A program made the translations under genes and the position numbers. The notes beneath the pieces were generated by a model. That model did not search any database. It had not been told where the DNA came from and saw only the letters and a list, made by a program, of their open reading frames with translations. Positions 28,268-36,595 of a stretch of DNA of 43,549 nucleotides are shown piece by piece. Source of the DNA: Methanobacteriota archaeon (GTDB taxonomy: Archaea; Thermoplasmatota; Poseidoniia; Poseidoniales; Poseidoniaceae); assembly GCA_018650165.1 (NCBI GenBank), contig JABIGM010000039.1, positions 1 to 43,549 of the forward strand, given 5' to 3'. Numbering within the stretch: position 1 is the stretch's first letter; each line of letters opens with the position of its first letter.

Positions 28268-28742
28268 TTCCCAACTCTCGCATCAGCATTGAAACATGCC
28301 CTTTGGCCTTGACATTATATCGGGCAAAAATCAAAACCCCCTCTTCAGAAATAACGAATGTGGAACGAGCGCACCCCATATATTCCCGACCATAGTTCAT
28401 CTTCATTCTCCATGTTCCAAAAGCCTCGTGAATAGCTCCATCTTCATCCATTAATAACGGGAAATTTAATTCCTGTTTGTCAATAAAGTTTTCATGACTT
28501 TTGATAGAATCTTTTGATACTCCGAATACTTGGAAACCCTCAGTTGTTAAACGCGCCATATCGTTTCTAAAGTCACAGGCTTGAATTGTACATCCCGGTG
28601 TCGAATCCTTTGGATAAAAGTACAGTATGGTCTTCTTTCCATCCGCCATAATCTCTTGGGAATTGTGAGCGACTCCCTTGGAATCTACTGCATCGAAGTC
28701 GGGCGCGAGGTCTCCTGTTTCGAGCGTTACAGGTTCTGACAT
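28257..28742 (-). CDS. bcp: Peroxiredoxin Q/BCP
   Basis: GDLAPDF, LYFYPKDSTPGCTIQACDFR (CxxxxC), GVSKDS, RSTFVI. Start placed at ATG 28742. Confidence 0.93.
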   Translation of the reverse strand: MSEPVTLETGDLAPDFDAVDSKGVAHNSQEIMADGKKTILYFYPKDSTPGCTIQACDFRNDMARLTTEGFQVFGVSKDSIKSHENFIDKQELNFPLLMDEDGAIHEAFGTWRMKMNYGREYMGCARSTFVISEEGVLIFARYNVKAKGHVSMLMRELGIDG

Positions 28743-28878
28743 GGGCCGGCTAAGTGGCGCTGACAAATCAAGTCTTGCATTTTCTTTTAGAGCAAAAAAT
28801 TACTTGAATGGCCCTTTTATTCATTATGCATTAGTATGTGTGCGATATGCATGATATCTACTAGGGCTTGCGATTGTC

Positions 28879-28885
28879 TTATAAT
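28879..28885 (+). promoter_or_regulatory. Putative TATA box for the long plus-strand unit
   Basis: TTATAAT at -30..-24 of ATG 28909. Confidence 0.55.
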
Positions 28886-28908
28886 CCTCCGTATCCTAAC
28901 CTAAAGCC

Positions 28909-29334
28909 ATGGCAGTGAGTCGTATGTCTCGAAGGTGTCGTAAGTTCATGCGACAGGTTCACAAGGCTACAACGAAATATGCCCTGCAAGAAATAGCATC
29001 TACTATCCAAAGCGATTTAGATCGTCGAAACCTTTCATACGAGGAAGCATTGAACCTTGGTAACATTCTACAAAATAAAGCAGACCTCCTACCAGGTGAT
29101 GAAATTGTGTATGCAGTTTCTGATAGAGATTCTTATCGCCGAACACTTGAGTTATATTTGCGTGATGGCATTCTCACACAAGCTGAACAATTACTTCTGT
29201 GGGAGGAACGTCGTCGCCTAGGAATTGGAGATGAAATTCACAACCTCTTGATGGAGCAATTACTGGCGGCATGGACCCGCCAAGGAAAGTCAGTCCAGAT
29301 ACACGCTTTCAAAGGAGGAAAGACCAATGTCTAA
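28909..29334 (+). CDS. Hypothetical cytoplasmic protein with TerB-like DG.LT..E...L...R..LG helical motif
   Basis: YRRTLELYLRDGILTQAEQLLLWEERRRLGI; 8-bp overlap with the next gene, whose SD-like AAGGAGG lies in its 3' end. Confidence 0.75.
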   Translation: MAVSRMSRRCRKFMRQVHKATTKYALQEIASTIQSDLDRRNLSYEEALNLGNILQNKADLLPGDEIVYAVSDRDSYRRTLELYLRDGILTQAEQLLLWEERRRLGIGDEIHNLLMEQLLAAWTRQGKSVQIHAFKGGKTNV

Positions 29335-32300
29335 TCGTAAAGTTGCATTAACAATCCTTGCGGTGTTAATGGTTCAGATATCTGTTCCAATGATTCCAGT
29401 CGATGCCGCAACAAGTGGTAGGTCGAGTCATAATTTCGATGTAACTGTATTTACTCTCTCAGCAGGTGGCTCGATTAACGATGGCACAGTTGCAACTCCG
29501 GATTACAAATTAGCCCCAGGTGATCACATTACCAGGGTAGTAGTTGCAAACACAGGTACTAGTGACGAAGGTGGCACTCTAAAATTAGTCCACAAAGCCT
29601 CTGCATCATCTCCCGAAATAGAAGTTACATCAATAGATATTCCTTCAATCTCCGCAGGTGGATCAACAAATCCAATTCTAATTAATTGGACTGCACTTTC
29701 TGGTGATGGCCAAATTCTGACTGCCAGAATTATATCAACAGGGGATACAAATCCTGCTGATGATGAAGAGTCACTTGAATTTGATGTTACTATCCTTCAC
29801 AGAGGAACTGTGCTTGGCGATAACATTCCAGGGCCAAGTGGAGGATTTTCCGATCTCCGCCTCGACCACAGTATCCACACATTCGAGGCCACTGTCCGAA
29901 ATGATGGAGTAATGGATGTATCTGCTGTCTTCGAACTTAATTTGACTGACAATTCTGACCCTACAAATAAAATCTCTTATTGGTCAAACACACTTATTCT
30001 GGAGCCTGGAAATCTACTGAACCCTCCGACTGGGGGAGCGCTTTCAGCGTCATTCGACGCCGCTTCACTCCTCGGGTCTTGGACTCTTGCAGCAAAGGTT
30101 CACTTCAATGGAACTCTGTGGACAAATACAATCGTTTCTAACGTTGAAACAATCACATTTTCAGATTTCATTATTGATGTTTCAACTCCGGGGGACAGGT
30201 CGATTGAGCCTGGTGCTACTACCAGTTTAACTTGGATCATTACGAACCTTGGTAGTGCGGACGATTTGACAATTGAGTTAGGCTCTGACAAAGGATGGCA
30301 CGATAATTCACGGAATGGACAGATAATCAATTTGGGTGCTGGTGAAACAGTCACTGAAGTCATTTCAGTCACTGTTCCAATCGATGCAGTAAAACCAACA
30401 TTGGAAAATATTTACCTTAATCTTTCAAGCGCATCTACCGACCCATATACGGCGCGCAGTGTGGCTCATGTGACAGTTGGAGATCAATACCAAGCATCAG
30501 TAATCGCACCGATTGGACCACTCACAGTAACTCCTGCTAAAACCGAATCTCTTCTATTCACAATTATCAATTCAGGAAATGTTGCTACCGCTTTCACTCT
30601 CGATGCAGGACTCTCATCATCTGCTGATAATTGGCAGGTTTCACCGATGTCTAGTACTGACGTTATTGCAGTTGGAGAAAACGTTACAGTGACAGTATTT
30701 GTAACTCCGGCACCGATTTCTTCGCCATTAATTACTAGCGAAAGAAATGGTGCAGGTGACAGTTTGTATGCCTGGTTATCCGCTGAACCTCTCAACGGCG
30801 GTGTGCCTGAAATCAACACTACTCAATTGATTGTTAGAGCGGTTATCGCAGTCGACCCTGGACCTGAAACAGAAGAAATCATTCTGACAGAATCCGAAAT
30901 TCGAGAGGGAGTTGGCGCCGGGGGCGTGGACAAAATCATTTCATTATCTGTTGAGGTTAGGCATAATCTTGGTGCCGCTATTTCGGTGGGCGTTGATGCC
31001 AACATCACAGTAGGTAATGCGACCTTCACTCCAACTAATACCGGGGGCAATCAGGAATTCGAACGATGGAATTCATCTGTGACTCCAGACACCGTATCTG
31101 CGCTAGGAATCGGAGAGGTGTTCCAATCATGGCTTCAAATAGATGGCCCAAGTGACGAAATGCCACTTGCGGGTGAATTATTGTTACCAGTTACTGCAAC
31201 TCCAATTCTAACATCTAGTCAACAATCCAATGGAGTATTGCCCTATCCGGTAACGAGAAACATTAGTATTATCATTCCAAGTATTACCGATGGTGAAATA
31301 GTCATACCCGCCGAACCTTTGGATGCTGACGTTGGTAATCTTACCAATTTCACAATACAATTGGAGAATACTGGGAATGATTTATCCTCTTACCGTTTAG
31401 TTATCGAAGACGATCTTCCCGACCTTTGGTCTGCGAGTTTAGAAACCTCTGACCTAACCTCTCCTTCAGTTGTTGCAAACCTCTCAGCTGCAATGGCAGA
31501 CCATCCTACCACAGGCGATGCTCATTTCTCAAATGTGACTCTCAAAGTAACCACGGACCCACAAGCAGATGCTGACACCCTCCAGGCCCTCCATATACGA
31601 GTGGAAGACCGGGAAAGTGGCGAGATCTTATCCCTGAATACGCTGCTTATTAGAGTCGAAGAATCAGTAAACTTCGAATTGATTCCAACCAACCACACAA
31701 TCGACTTATCGCCATATGAAACTCCACTTACAAGAGTGTATGTTAACAATACAGGAAATGTTGCAACAACCTTCCTCGTATGGCTTGACACATCTCTACA
31801 AAACGATGTAGCATTCACATCGGAATCGGCAGCAGAAATCATTGTTGCTCCGGGTTATACAGAGTCGATAAAGATTAGATTAACTCCTGATACAGAGGCT
31901 AGTGCTGATGAGATTCATATGGCTACATTATGGGTTTCAGCATCTAATGGAATGAATTTATCTGCGGTAATTGTGGCAAATATTACTGCTGACCATCATC
32001 TTTCAATCAATGTGCTGAACACAATTACTGTGACCCCAGGTGTGAATGAGGTAATCGATGTAACATTTGAGAACACTGGTAATTTAGAGGAATCCCTCAA
32101 TATCACAGCGGTGGTTGAGGGTGGCTGGGATACTAGTTGGGCACAAAGCGAGATAATTTTACCAATAAACGGTAGCCTAGTTAATGATTTGACAGTTATG
32201 GTTCCGGCTCTTGGTGGAAACGATTCCCTCGCAAATGGAGATTTGCATAACGTCACAATTTCTCTTTACCATACTGCAAATGGTGGATTTTTGTCATCTC

Positions 32301-34348
32301 GCACAATAACGTTAGTAGTTGCTCCAGTATTCCTAGTACAGGTTGATGATTGGCCAGAAGAGATGCTATACCACCGCCAATGGCCAGGCGATTGGCGAGT
32401 GACGGTTACCAACGTTGGAAACAAGGATGTAACAGTAGATTTGGAGTATAAGATTCTGAAACCGGGCTTTGATCCTCTTGATGAAATACCCTCTCTCGCT
32501 TGGGAAATTGGTGAGAACGCTACAAACAAGATAATTTTACCAATGGGCGTACCCGTCGAATTGAGATTTACAGTTGATGCTAAAGAGTACGAGCCAGATA
32601 TCTATCTTGAAGCATTACTAAGGTTAGAAATGACGCCTGATGACCCAGAGGTAACTGGTAAATCAATCGCTGAAACCGCACTTAAGATGTCTCGACTTTT
32701 CCCGTATGAGGATTACAAATTGATACCATCGTTAGATAATTCTAATTTGACTGAAATAATAACTTGGTCGCACATTCCAGAAGGGATAAGCACAGATGCT
32801 GCTTACTTAATTGAGATTTGTAATGCTGAAAGAAGAGTTAATATTTCTGAATTAGGATTGGATGAAGCTAATTTCGCTTGGAATTTCGGCCTAGATGTCG
32901 GCGGCAGCGTTGAGATACTAAATTTGGAAAATAACTGCGATGGCAACACACATTCCACAATTTCATTACCGTCTAGGGAAAGTTGGGTAACAATTAATCC
33001 TATAGGTGTTGTAATCGATACTCCTAATAGGCCAAATATTCTTCAAAACGATGGATATGATTTAACATTCCGTCTTTATCATCCAGACGACAATAATGGA
33101 TTTGAAGATTATACCGAAGCAACCTTTTCATTCTATTTCGCGACAGTTGCAGATCCAGTAATTCAAAAATTGGAGTTTGGTGAAGGCGACTTACAGGAAG
33201 GGGACACCTCTACAATTAAAGCAACAATAAGGAACGAAGGAACTTCCTTGGCCTTAGGCGTCACTCTCGAATTAATGTGTGAAGGTGTTTCAATCAGTGA
33301 GCCAACTTACGAGTATGGTTTCTTATCTGCGTCTGAAGAATTCACTCATGAATTCCAGATAGAGACAGACGAATTGGATTGGTGGTCACAATCAACCGAT
33401 GTCGATTGTGAACTCATTCTCGATGCTAGGTCCTGGAATGGAACTACACTAGATAGTAAATCGCAAGATCTCAAAGGTACTGTCGATTCTTGGTCACCGA
33501 ATATTGGAGTGTCATTTATCGCAATGCTTGTACTCATGGGAGCATCAATTGTTCTATTGAGACTAGTTGGGCAAAATGATAAGTTCCGTCTTGCAGCAAT
33601 TTATTCTGGTGTTTTAGCATTAGGATTTGCATTCCACCTACTAGAAATGGCTTGGTGGGGACCTGTTGTTCTGCTAACTGCGGCTCTTTGGGTATGGACC
33701 ATGACATGGCGCTCAACAGTAGAATTCCAATTAATACACGAAGATTACCAACGTGCACGTAAAGGAATTAGTACACTATACAGCGACCACTTCGATGTTC
33801 TATCGGATTCCAAGCGCCAACTCTCAATTATCCTTGCAATGCCAGTACTGGGCATGATTGGTGTAATTCTTGGATTCCCGCCTCAAATCAATGCAGACTC
33901 AAGCAATATGCTAACATTAGTAGGTTATCTTGCGACTGTAATTGTCGGCGTAGTATTCATCATTTGGAATGCTAACAGAATGTACGGTTCTCTCTATGGA
34001 CGCTTGACCGAAATCGAAGTTCAAGCCAGCCGTATAGAGAGAGATTTGGGGGATCCGGCACGCTTGCTCACCGAATTAGCGAGCGATGGATTAGATATTT
34101 CATCAATAATTTCTCAACCTCGACCAAATGTTGCCGCAGAAGGTAGCGCTTCAACTTCCGAAGTAACAGGCTGGGACGAAAATATTCTATTGGATGATGG
34201 CTTGGAAGAAGATTCTGTAAGCGAAGTACTGAGTTTTGATGATGCCGAAGAAGACGGCAGCGAACAATCACTTTCAATTGATATCGAGGACCTCTTTGCA
34301 GATGATTCCTCAGAAACAGATGCAGAGGAGGTGAAAGGCGATGACTGA
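29327..34348 (+). CDS. Giant surface protein: signal peptide, at least nine CARDB/NEW3-like Ig repeats, five-TM C-terminal domain, acidic tail
   Basis: Repeated N-x-G(N) strands (VANTG, VRNDG, ITNLG, INSGN, ENTGN, NNTGN, ENTGN, TNVGN, IRNEG); many N-X-S/T sequons; five hydrophobic helices at about 33500-33970. Confidence 0.88.
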   Translation: MSNRKVALTILAVLMVQISVPMIPVDAATSGRSSHNFDVTVFTLSAGGSINDGTVATPDYKLAPGDHITRVVVANTGTSDEGGTLKLVHKASASSPEIEVTSIDIPSISAGGSTNPILINWTALSGDGQILTARIISTGDTNPADDEESLEFDVTILHRGTVLGDNIPGPSGGFSDLRLDHSIHTFEATVRNDGVMDVSAVFELNLTDNSDPTNKISYWSNTLILEPGNLLNPPTGGALSASFDAASLLGSWTLAAKVHFNGTLWTNTIVSNVETITFSDFIIDVSTPGDRSIEPGATTSLTWIITNLGSADDLTIELGSDKGWHDNSRNGQIINLGAGETVTEVISVTVPIDAVKPTLENIYLNLSSASTDPYTARSVAHVTVGDQYQASVIAPIGPLTVTPAKTESLLFTIINSGNVATAFTLDAGLSSSADNWQVSPMSSTDVIAVGENVTVTVFVTPAPISSPLITSERNGAGDSLYAWLSAEPLNGGVPEINTTQLIVRAVIAVDPGPETEEIILTESEIREGVGAGGVDKIISLSVEVRHNLGAAISVGVDANITVGNATFTPTNTGGNQEFERWNSSVTPDTVSALGIGEVFQSWLQIDGPSDEMPLAGELLLPVTATPILTSSQQSNGVLPYPVTRNISIIIPSITDGEIVIPAEPLDADVGNLTNFTIQLENTGNDLSSYRLVIEDDLPDLWSASLETSDLTSPSVVANLSAAMADHPTTGDAHFSNVTLKVTTDPQADADTLQALHIRVEDRESGEILSLNTLLIRVEESVNFELIPTNHTIDLSPYETPLTRVYVNNTGNVATTFLVWLDTSLQNDVAFTSESAAEIIVAPGYTESIKIRLTPDTEASADEIHMATLWVSASNGMNLSAVIVANITADHHLSINVLNTITVTPGVNEVIDVTFENTGNLEESLNITAVVEGGWDTSWAQSEIILPINGSLVNDLTVMVPALGGNDSLANGDLHNVTISLYHTANGGFLSSRTITLVVAPVFLVQVDDWPEEMLYHRQWPGDWRVTVTNVGNKDVTVDLEYKILKPGFDPLDEIPSLAWEIGENATNKIILPMGVPVELRFTVDAKEYEPDIYLEALLRLEMTPDDPEVTGKSIAETALKMSRLFPYEDYKLIPSLDNSNLTEIITWSHIPEGISTDAAYLIEICNAERRVNISELGLDEANFAWNFGLDVGGSVEILNLENNCDGNTHSTISLPSRESWVTINPIGVVIDTPNRPNILQNDGYDLTFRLYHPDDNNGFEDYTEATFSFYFATVADPVIQKLEFGEGDLQEGDTSTIKATIRNEGTSLALGVTLELMCEGVSISEPTYEYGFLSASEEFTHEFQIETDELDWWSQSTDVDCELILDARSWNGTTLDSKSQDLKGTVDSWSPNIGVSFIAMLVLMGASIVLLRLVGQNDKFRLAAIYSGVLALGFAFHLLEMAWWGPVVLLTAALWVWTMTWRSTVEFQLIHEDYQRARKGISTLYSDHFDVLSDSKRQLSIILAMPVLGMIGVILGFPPQINADSSNMLTLVGYLATVIVGVVFIIWNANRMYGSLYGRLTEIEVQASRIERDLGDPARLLTELASDGLDISSIISQPRPNVAAEGSASTSEVTGWDENILLDDGLEEDSVSEVLSFDDAEEDGSEQSLSIDIEDLFADDSSETDAEEVKGDD

Positions 34349-35306
34349 AGAATACGATGTTGAAGTCTCTGACCTCGAAGATGCACGACGAGCAATACGT
34401 GATTCTCAAACTAGTGCGGACCGTCTGATTCAAGCAAGCCGTGAATTAGAGCATATTGTGTATGGTGTCTCGAGTGGTGATTCATCACTTTCGGCCACAG
34501 AATACGATATTGTAGATGCACGTTCTAGTCTTGAGCAACACAAGTTGTTCCGTGCTAAGAGGTCTGTTAGACGCGCAGAGAAAGCATTAGCAGCCGTAGA
34601 ATCAGACGTAGTTGAATTACGGCGAAATATCGCTATGTTAAATCGCCTGCTCAATGAAAAGACACTCACTGAGGCAGAGATTGAAATTATCCTCCGTCGA
34701 CTTCGTAACGCCACCGGTGCTGCTGAATTAGGCGATGTTGGATTCGCTGCTGGAGAAGTAGAACAATTAATTGGAGATCTAGTTGTAGATTCAGCAGTTG
34801 CTCTCAATCCATTCTTGTTCCGAAACTTCTGGATGGGCGTCGATACAAGATGGCCTGCAGGTGGGGACACCGGAGTAATGATTGTTAGAATCTGTAACGA
34901 TGGAAACCGGCCAATTCCGGAAATGCGCCTTGCTCCGCCAGTTCCTGAAGAATGGCAATGCGTGCCTTCATCCATAGACCTCCCAATTCTACGACCAGGT
35001 GATGTAATCCTCATTCGCTTTGAAGTTAAACCCGGCCTCAGGTTTGGCTTAGATGAAATCCCACTTTCTAGGAAACTTGCAATACAGACTGGATACGATG
35101 TTTCTGCTGGCCAAGTAAGAGTGACAATGCGCATTCAAAATCGTAGTATGGAAACAGTACGAGACCTCCTTATCCAACCTTGGATGCCTCCAGGGTATGT
35201 TACAGAGAACCTTCCACTTGTGGAAAAGCTCTCTCCAGACGAAATCGGAGTGGTAAGTATGCCACTCGTGATTGACATGGGCGACGGAGGTGAATCCGCC
35301 GCCTAA
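34341..35306 (+). CDS. Hypothetical protein: N-terminal helical/coiled-coil region plus two Ig-like beta-sandwiches, no signal peptide
   Basis: IVRICNDG..PI..MRLAPPVPEEW...LRPG and MRIQNRS..TV.DL.IQPWMPPGY; 8-bp overlap with the giant gene. Confidence 0.8.
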   Translation: MTEEYDVEVSDLEDARRAIRDSQTSADRLIQASRELEHIVYGVSSGDSSLSATEYDIVDARSSLEQHKLFRAKRSVRRAEKALAAVESDVVELRRNIAMLNRLLNEKTLTEAEIEIILRRLRNATGAAELGDVGFAAGEVEQLIGDLVVDSAVALNPFLFRNFWMGVDTRWPAGGDTGVMIVRICNDGNRPIPEMRLAPPVPEEWQCVPSSIDLPILRPGDVILIRFEVKPGLRFGLDEIPLSRKLAIQTGYDVSAGQVRVTMRIQNRSMETVRDLLIQPWMPPGYVTENLPLVEKLSPDEIGVVSMPLVIDMGDGGESAA

Positions 35307-35369
35307 TCATTTTCCACCCTGCAATGGTGGCTTGCCGCTGGTCAGGGAGGATGTAGAGATACGAAAAAA

Positions 35370-35376
35370 GAGGTGA
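35370..35376 (+). promoter_or_regulatory. Shine-Dalgarno site of first archaellin; similar sites precede each arl gene
   Basis: GAGGTGA 35370; also GAGGTGA 35958, AGGAGGT 36583, GAGGTGA 37398, AGGTGA 38069, GAGGTGA 38553, GGTGA 39273, GGAGATGA 41009. Confidence 0.75.
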
Positions 35377-35383
35377 AAAACCA

Positions 35384-35959
35384 ATGCAAAATAAAAATAA
35401 AATAAACGAGATGAACGACGATTGGGGTTCAATCGGTATCGGTGCGATGATTGTATTTATCGCTCTGATCCTGGTTGCCGCAGTCGCTAGCGCAGTAATC
35501 ATACAAACTGGTGAAAAGCTACAACAGAACGCACAACAGTCGGGAAGCGACACACAACAGGAAATTTCGGGTAAAATCTCGATAATCACTGTTTGGGTCG
35601 GAGTACAAACTGGAGCAGCTGAAGAGATTACCATGGTATTCGAATTAGCACCAGGCTCTGAACCGGTTGCCTCAGATGCTGTCCACTGGGCAGTGATTTG
35701 TGACGATGGTGCAGGAACTCCTGGACTGATTGATGGAGACTTATCCACAGCAACTGAATTAGATGGTGCTACAGTAGCAGCGACATTCAACCCAGGTGAG
35801 ACATACATGATCGACTTGATTGTCGGTGGCGGTGCAGGTGCATCATGTGCTCCTGCATTGAATGAAGAACACCAGATGGTGATCTCCGCAAACGGCGGTG
35901 GCTCGACTTACGAGACACTGTTTTACAAAAGTACAACTCAAGGAGACTCTGTAGTCTGA
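35384..35959 (+). CDS. flaB: Archaellin (ArlB/FlaB) 1
   Basis: G/SIGIGAMIVFIALILVAAVASAVIIQT class III N-terminal helix; ELAPGS and NPGE archaellin motifs. Confidence 0.95.
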   Translation: MQNKNKINEMNDDWGSIGIGAMIVFIALILVAAVASAVIIQTGEKLQQNAQQSGSDTQQEISGKISIITVWVGVQTGAAEEITMVFELAPGSEPVASDAVHWAVICDDGAGTPGLIDGDLSTATELDGATVAATFNPGETYMIDLIVGGGAGASCAPALNEEHQMVISANGGGSTYETLFYKSTTQGDSVV

Positions 35960-35969
35960 GGTGATTATG

Positions 35970-36530
35970 ATGAAGAATAATGAAATTAAAAATGATGAAA
36001 TAGGCTCAATTGGTATCGGTGCAATGATTGTTTTCATTGCGCTAATTTTAGTGGCAGCAGTTGCTTCCGCTGTTATTATCCAAACAGGTGAAAAATTGCA
36101 ACAGAATGCACAGCAAACTGGTTCCGAAACTCAACAAGAAATTTCTGGTAAGATCTCGGTCTCATCAGTATTTGTTTGGGATGACGCAGATTCTTACTTG
36201 GTATACTTTGAAACAGCACCGGGTTCTGAAATTCTTGACGAAACCACAGTTCGTTACCAGATGACATGTGAAACTACAGGTGGAGCGTACCAGTATGTCC
36301 CTGGAGACTTTACTGCAGCAACCGAATTCGATGGTGGAGCACTAACAAATAACCTTGAGCCAGGAGTTTCCTACTCATTGGTTATGGCTGCAGCACCTGG
36401 TGATGATTGTTCAGCAACATCCGTTGGTATCAATTCTAAGGTAACCTTGTGGATACACGTTGAAAACGGTGGCTCAACCTTTGAGACACTTTCAGTAACT
36501 GATACAACTAGAGGCGCACAAGTTATCTGA
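35970..36530 (+). CDS. flaB: Archaellin (ArlB/FlaB) 2
   Basis: Identical N-terminal helix; ETAPGSE; start at ATG 35970 or 35967 after GAGGTGA. Confidence 0.95.
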   Translation: MKNNEIKNDEIGSIGIGAMIVFIALILVAAVASAVIIQTGEKLQQNAQQTGSETQQEISGKISVSSVFVWDDADSYLVYFETAPGSEILDETTVRYQMTCETTGGAYQYVPGDFTAATEFDGGALTNNLEPGVSYSLVMAAAPGDDCSATSVGINSKVTLWIHVENGGSTFETLSVTDTTRGAQVI

Positions 36531-36580
36531 TTCGAACTGAACCCCAAATTTGCTCTTTGGAGTCTGGGGTTCAATTAGAA
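36531..36580 (+). terminator. Stem-loop immediately after the second archaellin (attenuator or mRNA-stabilising element)
   Basis: TGAACCCCA (36538-36546) pairs perfectly with TGGGGTTCA (36565-36573); additional outer pairing TTC/GAA and inner CTC/GAG. No long T-tract follows. Confidence 0.5.
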
Positions 36581-36595
36581 TTAGGAGGTACTAAT

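Noticed and set aside
35314-35330. CCACC-N7-GGTGG hairpin before flaB
   Set aside because: Only a 5-bp stem, which is expected by chance.
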